DNA of 64,000 nt from a virus (IMGVR_UViG_3300027754_005988:62970-126969); one strand, 5' to 3'; numbered from the stretch's first letter, positions 20,113 to 31,443 are shown. Translations and numbers: made by a program. The notes: generated from the letters alone by a model not told the origin.

Positions 20113-22812
20113 ATGGGTAATAAAATTAAAGTTGTTGGTTATTCAAAGAAAGAATTTTTTGGTAACGGTATAGAATACAGACCATTCTCACCAGATTTAG
20201 TTGGGTTACAATTATCTAGTCATGGTGGTACACCATTGTTTACAATGGGTAATTTTGCAATAACAACAAACATGGAACCAAAAAGTGATAAAACTTTTGT
20301 CACTACTAAGTTCTCTAATTTTATATCTTTAACTGATTTAAATTTAACAGTAACAGAAACCCAAACTTTATTATCTAATAATGCTGGTGTTTATCTTAAT
20401 TTAGATAAAAAGAATTTAAAAAACTATGCATTATTTGGTTCATTAACCGAATTTGTTAGAGTTTCTTTAGAGGATATAATAACCAAATGGCCAGCTTCAT
20501 TATATACAACAGCAAACAGTGTTGATAGTAATGGAAATCAAATAACTGGTTATACTATTGAGAATTACACATATGATTCAGTAACTCAAGAAGCATCATT
20601 TAAATTAAATAATAGTTTTTTAATAAATAAATTTCAAATAAACTATTTGAAAAATGGAACTATCTTAAACACATTTAACGAAAGTAATCCATTAAGAGAT
20701 TTAACAAGTGGGTATTTATCGTATTCAATAACAAACAATGGTGTTGAATATCCGTTAATTGACTTTACTGGTTCAACATATCAAGTTAATGATTATTTAT
20801 ACTTTAAAGTAAAAGGTAATGTGTTTAGTGGTGTAACCAATTCAAATATTTCTTACCATATTAAACCAAACAAAACGCAACAAGATACATTTTTTAATGC
20901 GTTACCAGAATTTGAGTATTACCTTTTAAATAGAAAAGTAACACCAATTTATACATCAACATTTAATTACCCAATACTAGGTAGTAATGGTGCTATATTA
21001 TATATCAGTGAATCAATAACATGGCCAGTATCTGATGGTTATAACATAGATTTTGATACATCAGAATATTTTAATTACATCACTAAATTATTAGACATAT
21101 CAAAAAGTAATGATACGAATTCTAGTGATTTGATAAATAGATTTTTAGTAACAGAATCAATCACTGCATTTGATACAGCACCTATAGTTATTGACCAAAG
21201 CCAAATTGACCAAACAGGTCAAAAAGTTAATAAAACACTAAGAATATACGGTAGGGAATTTGATGATATAAATAAATTCATAAGTGGTATTGCTTTAGCT
21301 AATACAGTAACTTATGATAAAGAAGATAACACACCAGATGCATATTTAAAAAATATAGCTAGAGTGTTAGGTTGGGAATTAATATCTTCAGTTATTGAAA
21401 ATGATTTACTGTCTAATTACGTTAATTCAGCTGAATCAACATATTCAGGTGAAAGTGTTGGCTTAACACCAGCAGAGGCAGATATTGAATTATGGAGAAG
21501 ATTAATATTAAACACACCATGGATTTGGAAATCAAAAGGAGCTAGGAAATCTGTTGAGTTTTTACTTAAATTTATTGGCGCACCGCAAGGTCTAGTTAAA
21601 TTTAACGAATATATCTATAAAGCAGATGCCCCTATAGATATTGAATTATTTAAACAAATATTAGCGTTAAATGGGTTAGATACTGACATATCAATATATC
21701 CAATGGATTCAGATGGTTACCCTAGACCTTTAGCAGATACAGCAGATATGTACTTCCAAAATAATGGTTTATGGTATAGACAAACTGGTGGATTAAATTC
21801 TGATTCTGATATATTAACAGGTAATAACCCACATTTAGGTCCTTATGATGGCGGTTATAAATACATAAACCAATTTAGAAAATTAATAACTGATTTTTCA
21901 GCAGTTACACTTTCAAGTGTAACAATAACTACAGGAACAACTAATTTATATACAAATAACCAATCAGGTACATTTGACCAAACATCTGCTTATACAACAG
22001 TAAACACAGTTGAAATAGCGGATGAAGATTTATCAAGTTGTTATGTTGTTAAGGCAACTGTATTACCTGACCCATATAGTGGAGGTACAATACTTAATAA
22101 TTGTGGGTGTCCATGTGAAGGTACTGATAATGTATTAAGTGTATGTGTTGATAAAGCACCAGAAATTAAAAAAACACCATGTGGTCCAAATCTAATTTCA
22201 AAACCTACAGTAGATGCTGAAGATGGTCTTTACTATTTTAGTTATTACCAGTATAATATGGACGGCAGTATTTATAAATATAATAATGTTATTGTACCAT
22301 CAGTTACAAAGTATTCAACACAAGAATGCTGTAAAGCAAATAATGGCACACCGTTTTTATATGAAGAATTTGAGTTAATTGGTACTAATTATGTTACTTG
22401 GAATTCTGGTTATATTTGTTGTGATAAATCTGGTAAATGTGGTTGTACTTTAGGTTGTAAATGGACAACAAGTACAGATACATATACAATAACTAATAAC
22501 ACAGGCACAAGTCAATTTGGTTTTGATTCATCTTCTAGCGCTGTTCAATATTTAATATTTAACAAACAGAACGGTGAAAAAGGTGTTGTTACTACAGATG
22601 GTTGTAATTGTATTGATAAATACACTATAAAAGTACCTAACATTGTTGACCCATATACAAATAAAGTTGGTGTTGGTTGTCAATTAACATCATTAGGGTT
22701 AAGAGATTTAAGTGAACCATCAACTAGTACAATATTAAGCACGTATAAGGCTAGAAAAGATGGTGTAATAGGTTGTAGTGCAACATATAGAACTGTTGTG
22801 TCAAGTTGGTAA
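20113..22812 (+). CDS. Baseplate wedge protein, gp7/P2 gpI-like, with Cys-rich C-terminal region
   Basis: YLKNIARVLGWE and NTPWIWKSKGARKSVEFLLKFIG motifs; CGCPC, ECCK, CCDKSGKCGC. Confidence 0.65.
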   Translation: MGNKIKVVGYSKKEFFGNGIEYRPFSPDLVGLQLSSHGGTPLFTMGNFAITTNMEPKSDKTFVTTKFSNFISLTDLNLTVTETQTLLSNNAGVYLNLDKKNLKNYALFGSLTEFVRVSLEDIITKWPASLYTTANSVDSNGNQITGYTIENYTYDSVTQEASFKLNNSFLINKFQINYLKNGTILNTFNESNPLRDLTSGYLSYSITNNGVEYPLIDFTGSTYQVNDYLYFKVKGNVFSGVTNSNISYHIKPNKTQQDTFFNALPEFEYYLLNRKVTPIYTSTFNYPILGSNGAILYISESITWPVSDGYNIDFDTSEYFNYITKLLDISKSNDTNSSDLINRFLVTESITAFDTAPIVIDQSQIDQTGQKVNKTLRIYGREFDDINKFISGIALANTVTYDKEDNTPDAYLKNIARVLGWELISSVIENDLLSNYVNSAESTYSGESVGLTPAEADIELWRRLILNTPWIWKSKGARKSVEFLLKFIGAPQGLVKFNEYIYKADAPIDIELFKQILALNGLDTDISIYPMDSDGYPRPLADTADMYFQNNGLWYRQTGGLNSDSDILTGNNPHLGPYDGGYKYINQFRKLITDFSAVTLSSVTITTGTTNLYTNNQSGTFDQTSAYTTVNTVEIADEDLSSCYVVKATVLPDPYSGGTILNNCGCPCEGTDNVLSVCVDKAPEIKKTPCGPNLISKPTVDAEDGLYYFSYYQYNMDGSIYKYNNVIVPSVTKYSTQECCKANNGTPFLYEEFELIGTNYVTWNSGYICCDKSGKCGCTLGCKWTTSTDTYTITNNTGTSQFGFDSSSSAVQYLIFNKQNGEKGVVTTDGCNCIDKYTIKVPNIVDPYTNKVGVGCQLTSLGLRDLSEPSTSTILSTYKARKDGVIGCSATYRTVVSSW

Positions 22813-22843
22813 TAAATAATTGAAAAAATAAAATATAGTGAAG

Positions 22844-22850
22844 TATTTAT
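22844..22850 (+). promoter_or_regulatory. Putative late promoter motif TATTTAT
   Basis: 19 nt upstream of ORF 22870. Confidence 0.55.
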
Positions 22851-22869
22851 ATACAAAAGATAAAATATA

Positions 22870-25662
22870 ATGGGTTATTTTTACGGTAAAAAAGGATGTG
22901 TTAGCTTGGCTTCAATAACGAGAGCTAATGGCGTTGTTGTCAAGAATAATGATGGAACATTATCTGTTTATATTCCAAATAAAACAGGGATAATGGGTGC
23001 ACCTATTTTATTAAACAAATTTTGTTGTGAAATTTTAGGGAATCCAATAAATGAAACTTATACATACGATAATGACACACAAGAATGTAGATGGGCGGCC
23101 AAAAACACAGAAACTTGTAGTGTTGACCCATTTAAAATAGCGCTAAACTCTAATGGCAATGATGGTTCAATATTTTATATTGATGGAAGTGATGAAACAT
23201 GCTCATTGAATATTAATTTTGATTATTTGATTAAACTAAATTGTGAAAAACTTAGTAATATATTAAATGGTGTTGCTAAAACACAAGAACAACTAGATGC
23301 AGAAGACCAAATTAGAACATTACAATTATTAATTGATAAAAAAACAGTTGATTGTGGTAGTATAACAACTAGTATAAATCAATTAAATCAAAATATAAAT
23401 AATACTAGTTATAGTATTACTTGTACTCAAAGTGCTTATTCAACACCACAAAATACAACAGTATCAACTTCTTCGATAATTCCTTTTAAGAATACGGGTT
23501 TTTATAACACATCATTATATGCGTTTAATACTTATGAAGGTAAGGTTACTGGTCAAGTAACTGTTAATTATTGTTTAACAACTGCTGGTTTATCTGTATG
23601 GTCTTCTATTTTAGGTAGCAGGTATCAAGCCTTTTTAAATGGTGACCCTAATTCATATGGTTGTGTTCAAGTAAATGATATAGTAAACAGACACGTTTTA
23701 GCTGTTGAAAATGGTACCCCAGCATTGATATTTGAATGTACAACACCTTTTGGTACAAAGTCTGCATTGATTAATCAATTGTCATTGTTAGAAGAACAAC
23801 AAACAACATGTAACAATGAACTATCAGCTTTAAATAATCAACTTACAACGCTACAAACAACACAAAATGAATCATCAGCCCTAACTAAGTGTAAAACACC
23901 AGTAGAAGTGTTAGAAACGCTTGATATATCATTAACATTAGATATTGTAGGTGCAGATAATAAATTAACAACGCTTGCAACATATCCTTTATTAGAACCA
24001 ATTGGAGCTGGAAATCTTTATAACTATTTAATTGAAAATAAAGAAAGTGGGTTATTAGTTTGTGGTGAATCAAATACTACTGAATTAGCGTATGGAATTA
24101 CTGGTTGTACACCAATGTACTTAAACGTTGAACAAACAACTGTTGGTTTAGAAGATTATCCTGTAAAATATAATGTTTATTCTTGTAATCAAGTAATGAA
24201 TAGCATATTGAATGATTTATTTATAGAATCTGGATTGGATGGTACATCAAAAACAAATACTACATTTAAAGGTAATATAAATCCAGATGCGTTAGCTTCT
24301 AAGTGGCTACGTTATGAAACAGTAGTAACTGATGCTACAATATTAGCAGCTATAAAAAATAAAAAGATTAAAATCACTCTTAAGATTAATAATTCTTGTT
24401 CTGATTTTTGTGTTTTATTAGATAACATAAAACTTAATAAGGATTGTACTATTATAGCTGAGAATAAATTATTTATAACACAATCACCTGGTTTTGAATT
24501 AGAAAGATTGATTGATAATAAAAAATCATGGATTGCTAATACAACACCACAAAATAGGTTTTTTTCTATTTTTAATAATGTTGCTGCAAATCCAATCAGA
24601 CAGACAAATTATGATGTTAACGATGAGCGATTGGTTATCAATACAAAAGAAATTGATTTAGATATAAGCATAGCATCAGCAATAGAAACAGATGTATGGG
24701 CATATGTTGTAGATAATCCTTGTTTATTAACTGGTGATACATGTACAATTACGTATCCAATACAGACTACAGATTTTTATGATAATGCAATTGAATTACC
24801 AGAAAATGATACAGAACCATTTAGAGGTGATATTGAAGATTATTATACGTGTTATCGTGCATTTAGAGATGCTGAAAGAACTGCTTTTAAAGATGGTGAT
24901 ATGGGTACTTTTTTACCTTCTCAAATTAAAATAGAAGATATAAATTGTGGTCGGTTATTTAAAATTATAACACCTGGTGATTGTGAATTTATTGTTTTAG
25001 AAAAACAAAATGGTTGTTTTGAATTTTATTATAAGGACTATCTTGGTTGGGTAAAATTTGGTGACCCATTTGTTATTGAATTTGCAAATGGTTTTATAAA
25101 TTCACATAATACTCTTTTGCTTGATTATGATGTAAATAACGAATATAGTGAATATTATATTGGACCTGTTAAATCATGTGGTGACGGAACTGTTGATTAT
25201 AGTAAATTATTAAGCCAACCAATATCAGACGTTAAAACAATTGAAGATTTTGAATATTATATGACTTCTGAGTTGATTGATGCTAAATCTAGAAAAACAC
25301 TTTCTGGATATCCAACATTAAGAGGCGTATATGATAGATATCTAAATAGTTCAATGTATTGCTCAACAGTTAGTTCAGCGTTTGATTATGAACAAATGGA
25401 CCAATTTGCAAAATTAATTGATAGTTATTGGGTTGATATTGTTGAACAAGTAGTTCCAGCAACAACTATATGGGGAAGTGTAAAAATATATGGTAATACT
25501 ATATTTGACGAACAAAAATTCACATATAGAAAAAGCTCACTATTTACCTGTGTTGATAGTGCAAATAAATGTTCTAGCAGTATTGAAAATTTAGAGTTTG
25601 TTAACAATTGTATTGGTAATATTCTTGATAAATTTTATTTCAATAATTGTGGGCCAATATAA
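22870..25662 (+). CDS. Large Cys-rich putative baseplate protein with coiled-coil segments
   Basis: 930 aa; FCCEILG; Q/L/N heptads; C-terminal WVDIVEQVVPATTIW motif. Confidence 0.65.
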   Translation: MGYFYGKKGCVSLASITRANGVVVKNNDGTLSVYIPNKTGIMGAPILLNKFCCEILGNPINETYTYDNDTQECRWAAKNTETCSVDPFKIALNSNGNDGSIFYIDGSDETCSLNINFDYLIKLNCEKLSNILNGVAKTQEQLDAEDQIRTLQLLIDKKTVDCGSITTSINQLNQNINNTSYSITCTQSAYSTPQNTTVSTSSIIPFKNTGFYNTSLYAFNTYEGKVTGQVTVNYCLTTAGLSVWSSILGSRYQAFLNGDPNSYGCVQVNDIVNRHVLAVENGTPALIFECTTPFGTKSALINQLSLLEEQQTTCNNELSALNNQLTTLQTTQNESSALTKCKTPVEVLETLDISLTLDIVGADNKLTTLATYPLLEPIGAGNLYNYLIENKESGLLVCGESNTTELAYGITGCTPMYLNVEQTTVGLEDYPVKYNVYSCNQVMNSILNDLFIESGLDGTSKTNTTFKGNINPDALASKWLRYETVVTDATILAAIKNKKIKITLKINNSCSDFCVLLDNIKLNKDCTIIAENKLFITQSPGFELERLIDNKKSWIANTTPQNRFFSIFNNVAANPIRQTNYDVNDERLVINTKEIDLDISIASAIETDVWAYVVDNPCLLTGDTCTITYPIQTTDFYDNAIELPENDTEPFRGDIEDYYTCYRAFRDAERTAFKDGDMGTFLPSQIKIEDINCGRLFKIITPGDCEFIVLEKQNGCFEFYYKDYLGWVKFGDPFVIEFANGFINSHNTLLLDYDVNNEYSEYYIGPVKSCGDGTVDYSKLLSQPISDVKTIEDFEYYMTSELIDAKSRKTLSGYPTLRGVYDRYLNSSMYCSTVSSAFDYEQMDQFAKLIDSYWVDIVEQVVPATTIWGSVKIYGNTIFDEQKFTYRKSSLFTCVDSANKCSSSIENLEFVNNCIGNILDKFYFNNCGPI

Positions 25663-25695
25663 TTATAAATAATAAGATAACAAAAACTAATATAT

Positions 25696-26271
25696 ATGTA
25701 TTTTTTTGACCCAAATGATTTTAATTGTAATGAAATACCAACAGCTGAAAAATGGGCTGAGTATTGTGTTACGTTAAGAACATTATACACTAATTATAAA
25801 AATTGTTTCACAGATTGGTATCAATCACAAGATAAAGATTCATTGGGTGAACCATGTAAAACTAAAATAACAGGACAATACAGTAGTTGGGGTAGTCTTA
25901 CATATTCATTTAATGTTACTTTAAATAATTTAATAACTGAGATACAATCACTGTCTTCAGGAACGACATGTGGTTTTGATAAACAAGTATATATTAATTA
26001 TGATATTGCTTATAACAACATGATTGAAAAATCTGACGAAATAAGTTTAATGTTTACAACTGGATGTAAATTAGTTGGTTTTAATAGATATGTTGGTGTT
26101 GATACAACAGATATTACTGGTGATAATAAAATGCAAAGATGTTCTGGAACATATATTAAACAAATAAACAATGGTTCTGAATTTATTGGAAGTATAAATG
26201 TTACTGGTGGTAATGATATAGCTAATAAAAGTGGTAATGGTTTAATAATAATAAGTGAAAATAGAACATAA
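25696..26271 (+). CDS. Hypothetical structural protein (191 aa)
   Basis: Operon context; Cys-rich like its neighbours. Confidence 0.65.
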   Translation: MYFFDPNDFNCNEIPTAEKWAEYCVTLRTLYTNYKNCFTDWYQSQDKDSLGEPCKTKITGQYSSWGSLTYSFNVTLNNLITEIQSLSSGTTCGFDKQVYINYDIAYNNMIEKSDEISLMFTTGCKLVGFNRYVGVDTTDITGDNKMQRCSGTYIKQINNGSEFIGSINVTGGNDIANKSGNGLIIISENRT

Positions 26272-26286
26272 ATTAATACAAGTTAA

Positions 26287-26293
26287 TATTTAT
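26287..26293 (+). promoter_or_regulatory. Putative late promoter motif TATTTAT
   Basis: 4 nt upstream of ATG 26298. Confidence 0.5.
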
Positions 26294-26297
26294 AAAC

Positions 26298-26540
26298 ATG
26301 CCACAATTAATTAAATCAGTAGAAGGTATAATACACTCAACACCTATATCTGAAGTTATATATGTTAAATCTGTAACTGGTGAGATACAAAGAGAAGATT
26401 ATATAAATTTAAATGGCTTTGTTGCTTATTTACAAAACTTTAGCAAAACCGAACTAACACAATTATTAACAAAACCAATAACATATGGTTTAGCTAATCA
26501 ATATAATTTAGACATTGAAACAATAGAAATTAGTTACTAA
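26298..26540 (+). CDS. Hypothetical protein (80 aa)
   Basis: Preceded by the late motif; TAATG-coupled to the next gene. Confidence 0.65.
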   Translation: MPQLIKSVEGIIHSTPISEVIYVKSVTGEIQREDYINLNGFVAYLQNFSKTELTQLLTKPITYGLANQYNLDIETIEISY

Positions 26541-27967
26541 TGAGATACCAAGAGAGAATATATATACAAAATGAAAATGGTGGTGTTAGGAATAGAGATA
26601 TTTTAAATGTTAACATGAGTTCAGATATTTGTGTTTTTGAAAATCCATTATATAATCTTAGTGGTGCCTCAAAACTTGATTGTACTGGCTATACTGGTAC
26701 AACATATGTTATTTCTACAGCTACCACAATACCATTAACATTCCAATTTACTGCAAATACAAATTCATTCTCAGCTAATTCAGCATCATTTAGTTACGAA
26801 ATATATAAATATGATACAGATGCTGGTGCTTTTTTCATTCCACCTGTTTATACTTCAGGCGTTATAGAGTATTCAGGATTTAGCGCTACTAGTAGCATTT
26901 ATCAAGCAATACCTGTCAGTGGTCTATCAATGGATGGTGAGTATCTTGTTAAAGGATATTTTGATTATACTGTATGTACTGAATACATGAGTAGATTAGG
27001 TAAGAAAATAGATACATTACTTTATAGAACTGGTACTGAATATGGGTTATATGATGGTAATGAAGATTATTTCTTTAGAGCAATAACAGAAGCAGCAGAA
27101 CCAATATTTCAACCAATTGCAGGTAATGTAATTACAGCAGCAGGGTTAAAACAAGTGGTTATATTACCAGAAGAAGGTATTACTGATGTAGTTATACCAA
27201 CAACTATAATTGGTGCTATGGTATTAACACTTAACGGTTTAATATTAGCTGACGGTTATGATTATTCAGTTTCTGGAGGTGTTATTACATTATCATCGTC
27301 AACAATTTATGATGATATAATAACTATAATATGTAATACAGAAGGTTCTAGTAGGACTATAGTAAGTGAAAATATAATAATATCTTCAGCAATTTCTAGC
27401 GGTACAACAGGTAATGAAGGAAGTAACATGGCTTACTTTAATACAACAACTGGTAAGTATGAAATATATACACAAGTAACGCCAAGCCAAAATGATGATG
27501 TATTGGTAATGCTTAATGGTGCGACATTAGCAATTAATGTTGATTATTATCCATCAATAACTAACCCAAAAAGAATGATACTTGAAGGTGATTTGCAAAT
27601 TGGTGATATTTTAACTTTAATTTATTATGCTAAAACAAATATTGTTGGTGGTATATATGTAAATTATCCAACAGTAGGTTGGGGAGTAACACCAATACCA
27701 GAACTTGCAAATGGTGTGTTTTCATTGGAAGTGAGTACTGGTAACACATTTACTAGTTTTTATTACACTGGTACAACACCATATGTAGCTGGTCAGGATT
27801 TTTACACTGATGGTTTTACAGCTTCTGGAACAATAGGTACTACTTTATATTATAGAGTTAAAAACACTAAAAATTACGAAACAATTTGTGGTGATATTGT
27901 TACTAGCACTGCGTATAGTGAAATAATACCTATTGTTATTCAAAGTAATGCGATAAATTCGTATTAA
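26540..27967 (+). CDS. Putative tail/fibre structural protein with two repeated small beta domains
   Basis: LTLNGLILADGYDY and VMLNGATLAINVDYY repeats; T/S/G-rich. Confidence 0.7.
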   Translation: MRYQERIYIQNENGGVRNRDILNVNMSSDICVFENPLYNLSGASKLDCTGYTGTTYVISTATTIPLTFQFTANTNSFSANSASFSYEIYKYDTDAGAFFIPPVYTSGVIEYSGFSATSSIYQAIPVSGLSMDGEYLVKGYFDYTVCTEYMSRLGKKIDTLLYRTGTEYGLYDGNEDYFFRAITEAAEPIFQPIAGNVITAAGLKQVVILPEEGITDVVIPTTIIGAMVLTLNGLILADGYDYSVSGGVITLSSSTIYDDIITIICNTEGSSRTIVSENIIISSAISSGTTGNEGSNMAYFNTTTGKYEIYTQVTPSQNDDVLVMLNGATLAINVDYYPSITNPKRMILEGDLQIGDILTLIYYAKTNIVGGIYVNYPTVGWGVTPIPELANGVFSLEVSTGNTFTSFYYTGTTPYVAGQDFYTDGFTASGTIGTTLYYRVKNTKNYETICGDIVTSTAYSEIIPIVIQSNAINSY

Positions 27968-27984
27968 TATTATTTACTATTGTA

Positions 27985-28019
27985 TATTTATAACTAAAAT
28001 AAAAGAAAAACATATTTAT
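27985..28019 (+). promoter_or_regulatory. Tandem putative late promoter motifs TATTTAT (27985-27991, 28013-28019)
   Basis: Two copies upstream of ATG 28025. Confidence 0.55.
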
Positions 28020-28024
28020 AACAT

Positions 28025-30172
28025 ATGAGCTATATAATTAAAAACACAAACCCATTCGTTAGCATAAAATTAACAGAAAAAGGGAGAGAACAATTGGCAC
28101 AAGGTAAACTAACCTTTTCTTATTGGGGCATTGGTGATTCTGAACTTAATTACGACAGAGAAGCTATTGTTGATGCTGCAATATTGGCTAATGACACTAC
28201 ATTGAACGAAACAAGTAGGATAATGAGACCATTTGACAGACAACCAAACTTTAAGTCTTATATCACACCAGATGGTGCAACAACTCCTTATCAAGACCTT
28301 ACAGCTGGAAATATAAATGTAATAAAAGCTGTTGTTAATAATGCTGCAACTGAAAGAGGATTTTTTAGTGTATCTGGTAGTGTTTTTACAACACTTACAG
28401 GTCAAACTTATATATCATATAATAATATAATAAGCAATACAAATTTCACTGGTGGAACGAAATTAAATATTAGTGGTACATCATGGGTGTCGGTTGGTGA
28501 TTTAATATTAATTAAATTAACAAACAATACTACTGGAAATATCATACAAAATGAAAATACTAGACCATTACCAAATTTGTGGTATAAAATCCAATCAATT
28601 GTTGATAGTAATAATGTAACGGTTGATAGGGATTTACCTAATTTAGTAAGTAATACTGCAACATCACAAATATTTGTTTATAGAGGTGGTGAAGTATATG
28701 ATACAATAGCTACTGGAAATACAACAGCATATTGGGATACTGGAACTTTATCTTTTGATTCAGCATGTAATGTTTCTTGTTTTGATGTTCCAGTTTGGAA
28801 TATGAATAATGTTTGGTGTGAAGATTTAGCTGGTGTAACTGGTTTAACAACAACAAAGCTTTATGAAAACTTTACAAAATATGGTTCATATACTTATTTA
28901 GGCGCTAAAAACCCTTATTTTGAATATCTTTGTCAGAGCACAGCAACAACAATATCTTTTAGTTGTAATGGTCCTGGATTAAGTTATCCAGATGATATTA
29001 GTAAATCAATATCTATTATACATTATACCAATAATACTATATCAAATCTATATGGTGATTTCTTTTATGTTGATGCAACAAACAATAAAATTGTTTCATT
29101 AGATATACCAGACCTTATGTACCATAGAAGAGATTTTGGTACAGGAAGTGGTACAACTATGGGTATGAGATTCATAGCTAGTGGGGCAACAAAATATGTT
29201 GGTGTTAGTGATGTAGAGTACATTGATTTGATTGAAGACTCAACATATATTTCAAGTAGTTTAACTCCGTTAACTATAGGTAGAGTTTATCCACAGTTAA
29301 AAACAATTGTAATACATGATGATGAAATTGTTGCTGCAATATCTTACAAATCAAATAGAAACTGGACACTTCCAGAACTATCTGCTAATCTTGCATCACC
29401 TAGTGGTGGAACATCAACTGGTGTTTTACCAGTAAATAATACAATATATTTAACTTATAGTTTACAAAATTCAGGCGCAACTGGTTTAACAACTAGTTTA
29501 CCTTGTCAAAATTATGTGAAACTAACCAACGAAACAAATTCAGCTAAAGATGTTGCATTTAAAATAAATGAAACTGATTTATTACCTTATATGCGTAAGT
29601 CTGAATCTGCTTTATACGATGGATATGGTTTTTATGCTAATAGGTTTAAATTATTATATCAGATAGTTCAAGACCCAAGTGCTAGACCAGATGCTGGTTC
29701 ATGGAAAGAATATGATTTCACATCTACAGTTATTTCTAGTGTTGCTGGCCAAACAATCAACCCTAAATTACTAGAAATACAAACACCAACAACAACTGGA
29801 TTTATATTAGATTTGATAAAAGATTCATCAGCTGTAACATTTAATCTTATTAATATATTAAATATGCCAGCAAATACAGCGCCAACAACATTACAGTTTG
29901 GTGATGAAAGATTCTTCTATGGTAATTTTAACACATATATTGGTTCTACAATTTACAAAACAATATTTAACTTAAATGTTAATGCGGCAACATTTAATGC
30001 AACAACAAACCCAACTAGAAGTAAAGATTCTGCTACCAACCCACCAAACATTAAAATTAGTGAAGTTGGTATTTATGATTCAGATAAAAACCTAGTATGT
30101 ATTGGTAAAGTTAGCACACCGATAACACTCGCATCAAACACAATAACAATAGAACTTAGTATGGATTTTTAA
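28025..30172 (+). CDS. Tail collar-fibre/baseplate protein (gpH-N/DUF3751-like termini)
   Basis: IKLTEKGREQLA...WGIGDSELNY N-terminus; ISEVGIYDSDKNLVCIGK C-terminus. Confidence 0.65.
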   Translation: MSYIIKNTNPFVSIKLTEKGREQLAQGKLTFSYWGIGDSELNYDREAIVDAAILANDTTLNETSRIMRPFDRQPNFKSYITPDGATTPYQDLTAGNINVIKAVVNNAATERGFFSVSGSVFTTLTGQTYISYNNIISNTNFTGGTKLNISGTSWVSVGDLILIKLTNNTTGNIIQNENTRPLPNLWYKIQSIVDSNNVTVDRDLPNLVSNTATSQIFVYRGGEVYDTIATGNTTAYWDTGTLSFDSACNVSCFDVPVWNMNNVWCEDLAGVTGLTTTKLYENFTKYGSYTYLGAKNPYFEYLCQSTATTISFSCNGPGLSYPDDISKSISIIHYTNNTISNLYGDFFYVDATNNKIVSLDIPDLMYHRRDFGTGSGTTMGMRFIASGATKYVGVSDVEYIDLIEDSTYISSSLTPLTIGRVYPQLKTIVIHDDEIVAAISYKSNRNWTLPELSANLASPSGGTSTGVLPVNNTIYLTYSLQNSGATGLTTSLPCQNYVKLTNETNSAKDVAFKINETDLLPYMRKSESALYDGYGFYANRFKLLYQIVQDPSARPDAGSWKEYDFTSTVISSVAGQTINPKLLEIQTPTTTGFILDLIKDSSAVTFNLINILNMPANTAPTTLQFGDERFFYGNFNTYIGSTIYKTIFNLNVNAATFNATTNPTRSKDSATNPPNIKISEVGIYDSDKNLVCIGKVSTPITLASNTITIELSMDF

Positions 30173-30174
30173 TC

Positions 30175-31395
30175 ATGGGATTTAATAGCACAGCTTCAAC
30201 AATATCATTAACTGCAAAGTTAACACCAATAGGTAGACAATTACTAGTATCAAGTAATAACGCACTAATAACTAGTTTTAGTTTAGGTGATTCTGATGCT
30301 AATTATGATGTAACACCAACATTATCAACTGGGCAAGTGCCATCAGAAAGTGGTAGTGTAGGTCCTAACTCAACTGTTGGTAATGGGACAAGTCCAAATA
30401 CAAATTTTAAAAGTGTATTGATAGTTACTAGCAATGGAATACTAACAAAACAAGTTGAATCACAATCAAGACAAATTATTGTTGAAACAGTTAGCAATGG
30501 TGTTACAACAGTTTCTGGTACTAGTTTAACAAGAAACTTAATAAATAGAAATAATTACACAACTGATTCATTAGTTAATTTATTTTATTCATTTGGTTTG
30601 TCATTAAACACTTTAACCGATGCTAACTATACTGGAGTTACTTATGCGAATGGTGGTTATTCAGACACTGCTTTATCTGCTATAGCTAAATCAAATATAT
30701 TTGTTATTGGTATTGATAACTCAAAATATGGTGAATCAATTGATGGTAAAACAATAAAACTAACATTACCAACAACTGGTGGTACATATGATATTTATAG
30801 CACATTCCAAAACAAAGGAGAATCAACGCAAATTGAAGATGCAAATATTAATGATACATCAACAATAACTGAGTTTATCGGAAATGATATTGCATTCTTA
30901 TTTTCAGATGGTATAAAAAGACCAAATGGTGGTGACGCATCACTTAGTTGGTCAACTGGTTATAATTTAGATAAACCATTCTCAATAAACGGAAAAGAAC
31001 TATATAACTTACAAACAAATAGTAACGTTTCACAAAGTGCTGATACTATAGTTGGTATTGCTTATTTAGCTAAAGGGTTCTTAGTTATAACAGACCCTAC
31101 AATACTAGCAAATATTGGCCTTAGCTCAACACTAACAACTGGTAGTACAACAGGTGCAACAGTAACATTTAATAACGTATCAACGTCAGTATATCAAAGT
31201 ATTACATGTATTGCCGCTAGAGGTGAGTTTGGTGGTTCAACCAATCCATCATTTACTGGTAGTGATATACCTAGAATTACCGAAGTTGGATTATATGATA
31301 CAAATGGTAATTTAATTGCAATGGCTAAAACTGATAGACAGATTAGTAAAAATGTTAATGAATTCTTAGCATTATCAATAAAAATTACACTATAG
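30175..31395 (+). CDS. Tail collar-fibre/baseplate protein, paralogue of the preceding gene
   Basis: AKLTPIGRQLL...FSLGDSDANY; ITEVGLYDTNGNLIAMAK. Confidence 0.65.
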   Translation: MGFNSTASTISLTAKLTPIGRQLLVSSNNALITSFSLGDSDANYDVTPTLSTGQVPSESGSVGPNSTVGNGTSPNTNFKSVLIVTSNGILTKQVESQSRQIIVETVSNGVTTVSGTSLTRNLINRNNYTTDSLVNLFYSFGLSLNTLTDANYTGVTYANGGYSDTALSAIAKSNIFVIGIDNSKYGESIDGKTIKLTLPTTGGTYDIYSTFQNKGESTQIEDANINDTSTITEFIGNDIAFLFSDGIKRPNGGDASLSWSTGYNLDKPFSINGKELYNLQTNSNVSQSADTIVGIAYLAKGFLVITDPTILANIGLSSTLTTGSTTGATVTFNNVSTSVYQSITCIAARGEFGGSTNPSFTGSDIPRITEVGLYDTNGNLIAMAKTDRQISKNVNEFLALSIKITL

Positions 31396-31443
31396 GCTTT
31401 ATTTTTGTAAAAAGTTATTTAGATTAATAAAAAAATAATTTTT

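Noticed and set aside
25663-25695. Self-splicing intron or read-through joining ORFs 22870 and 25696
   Set aside because: The gap is only 33 nt of A/T-rich spacer with several stops and no intron core structure.
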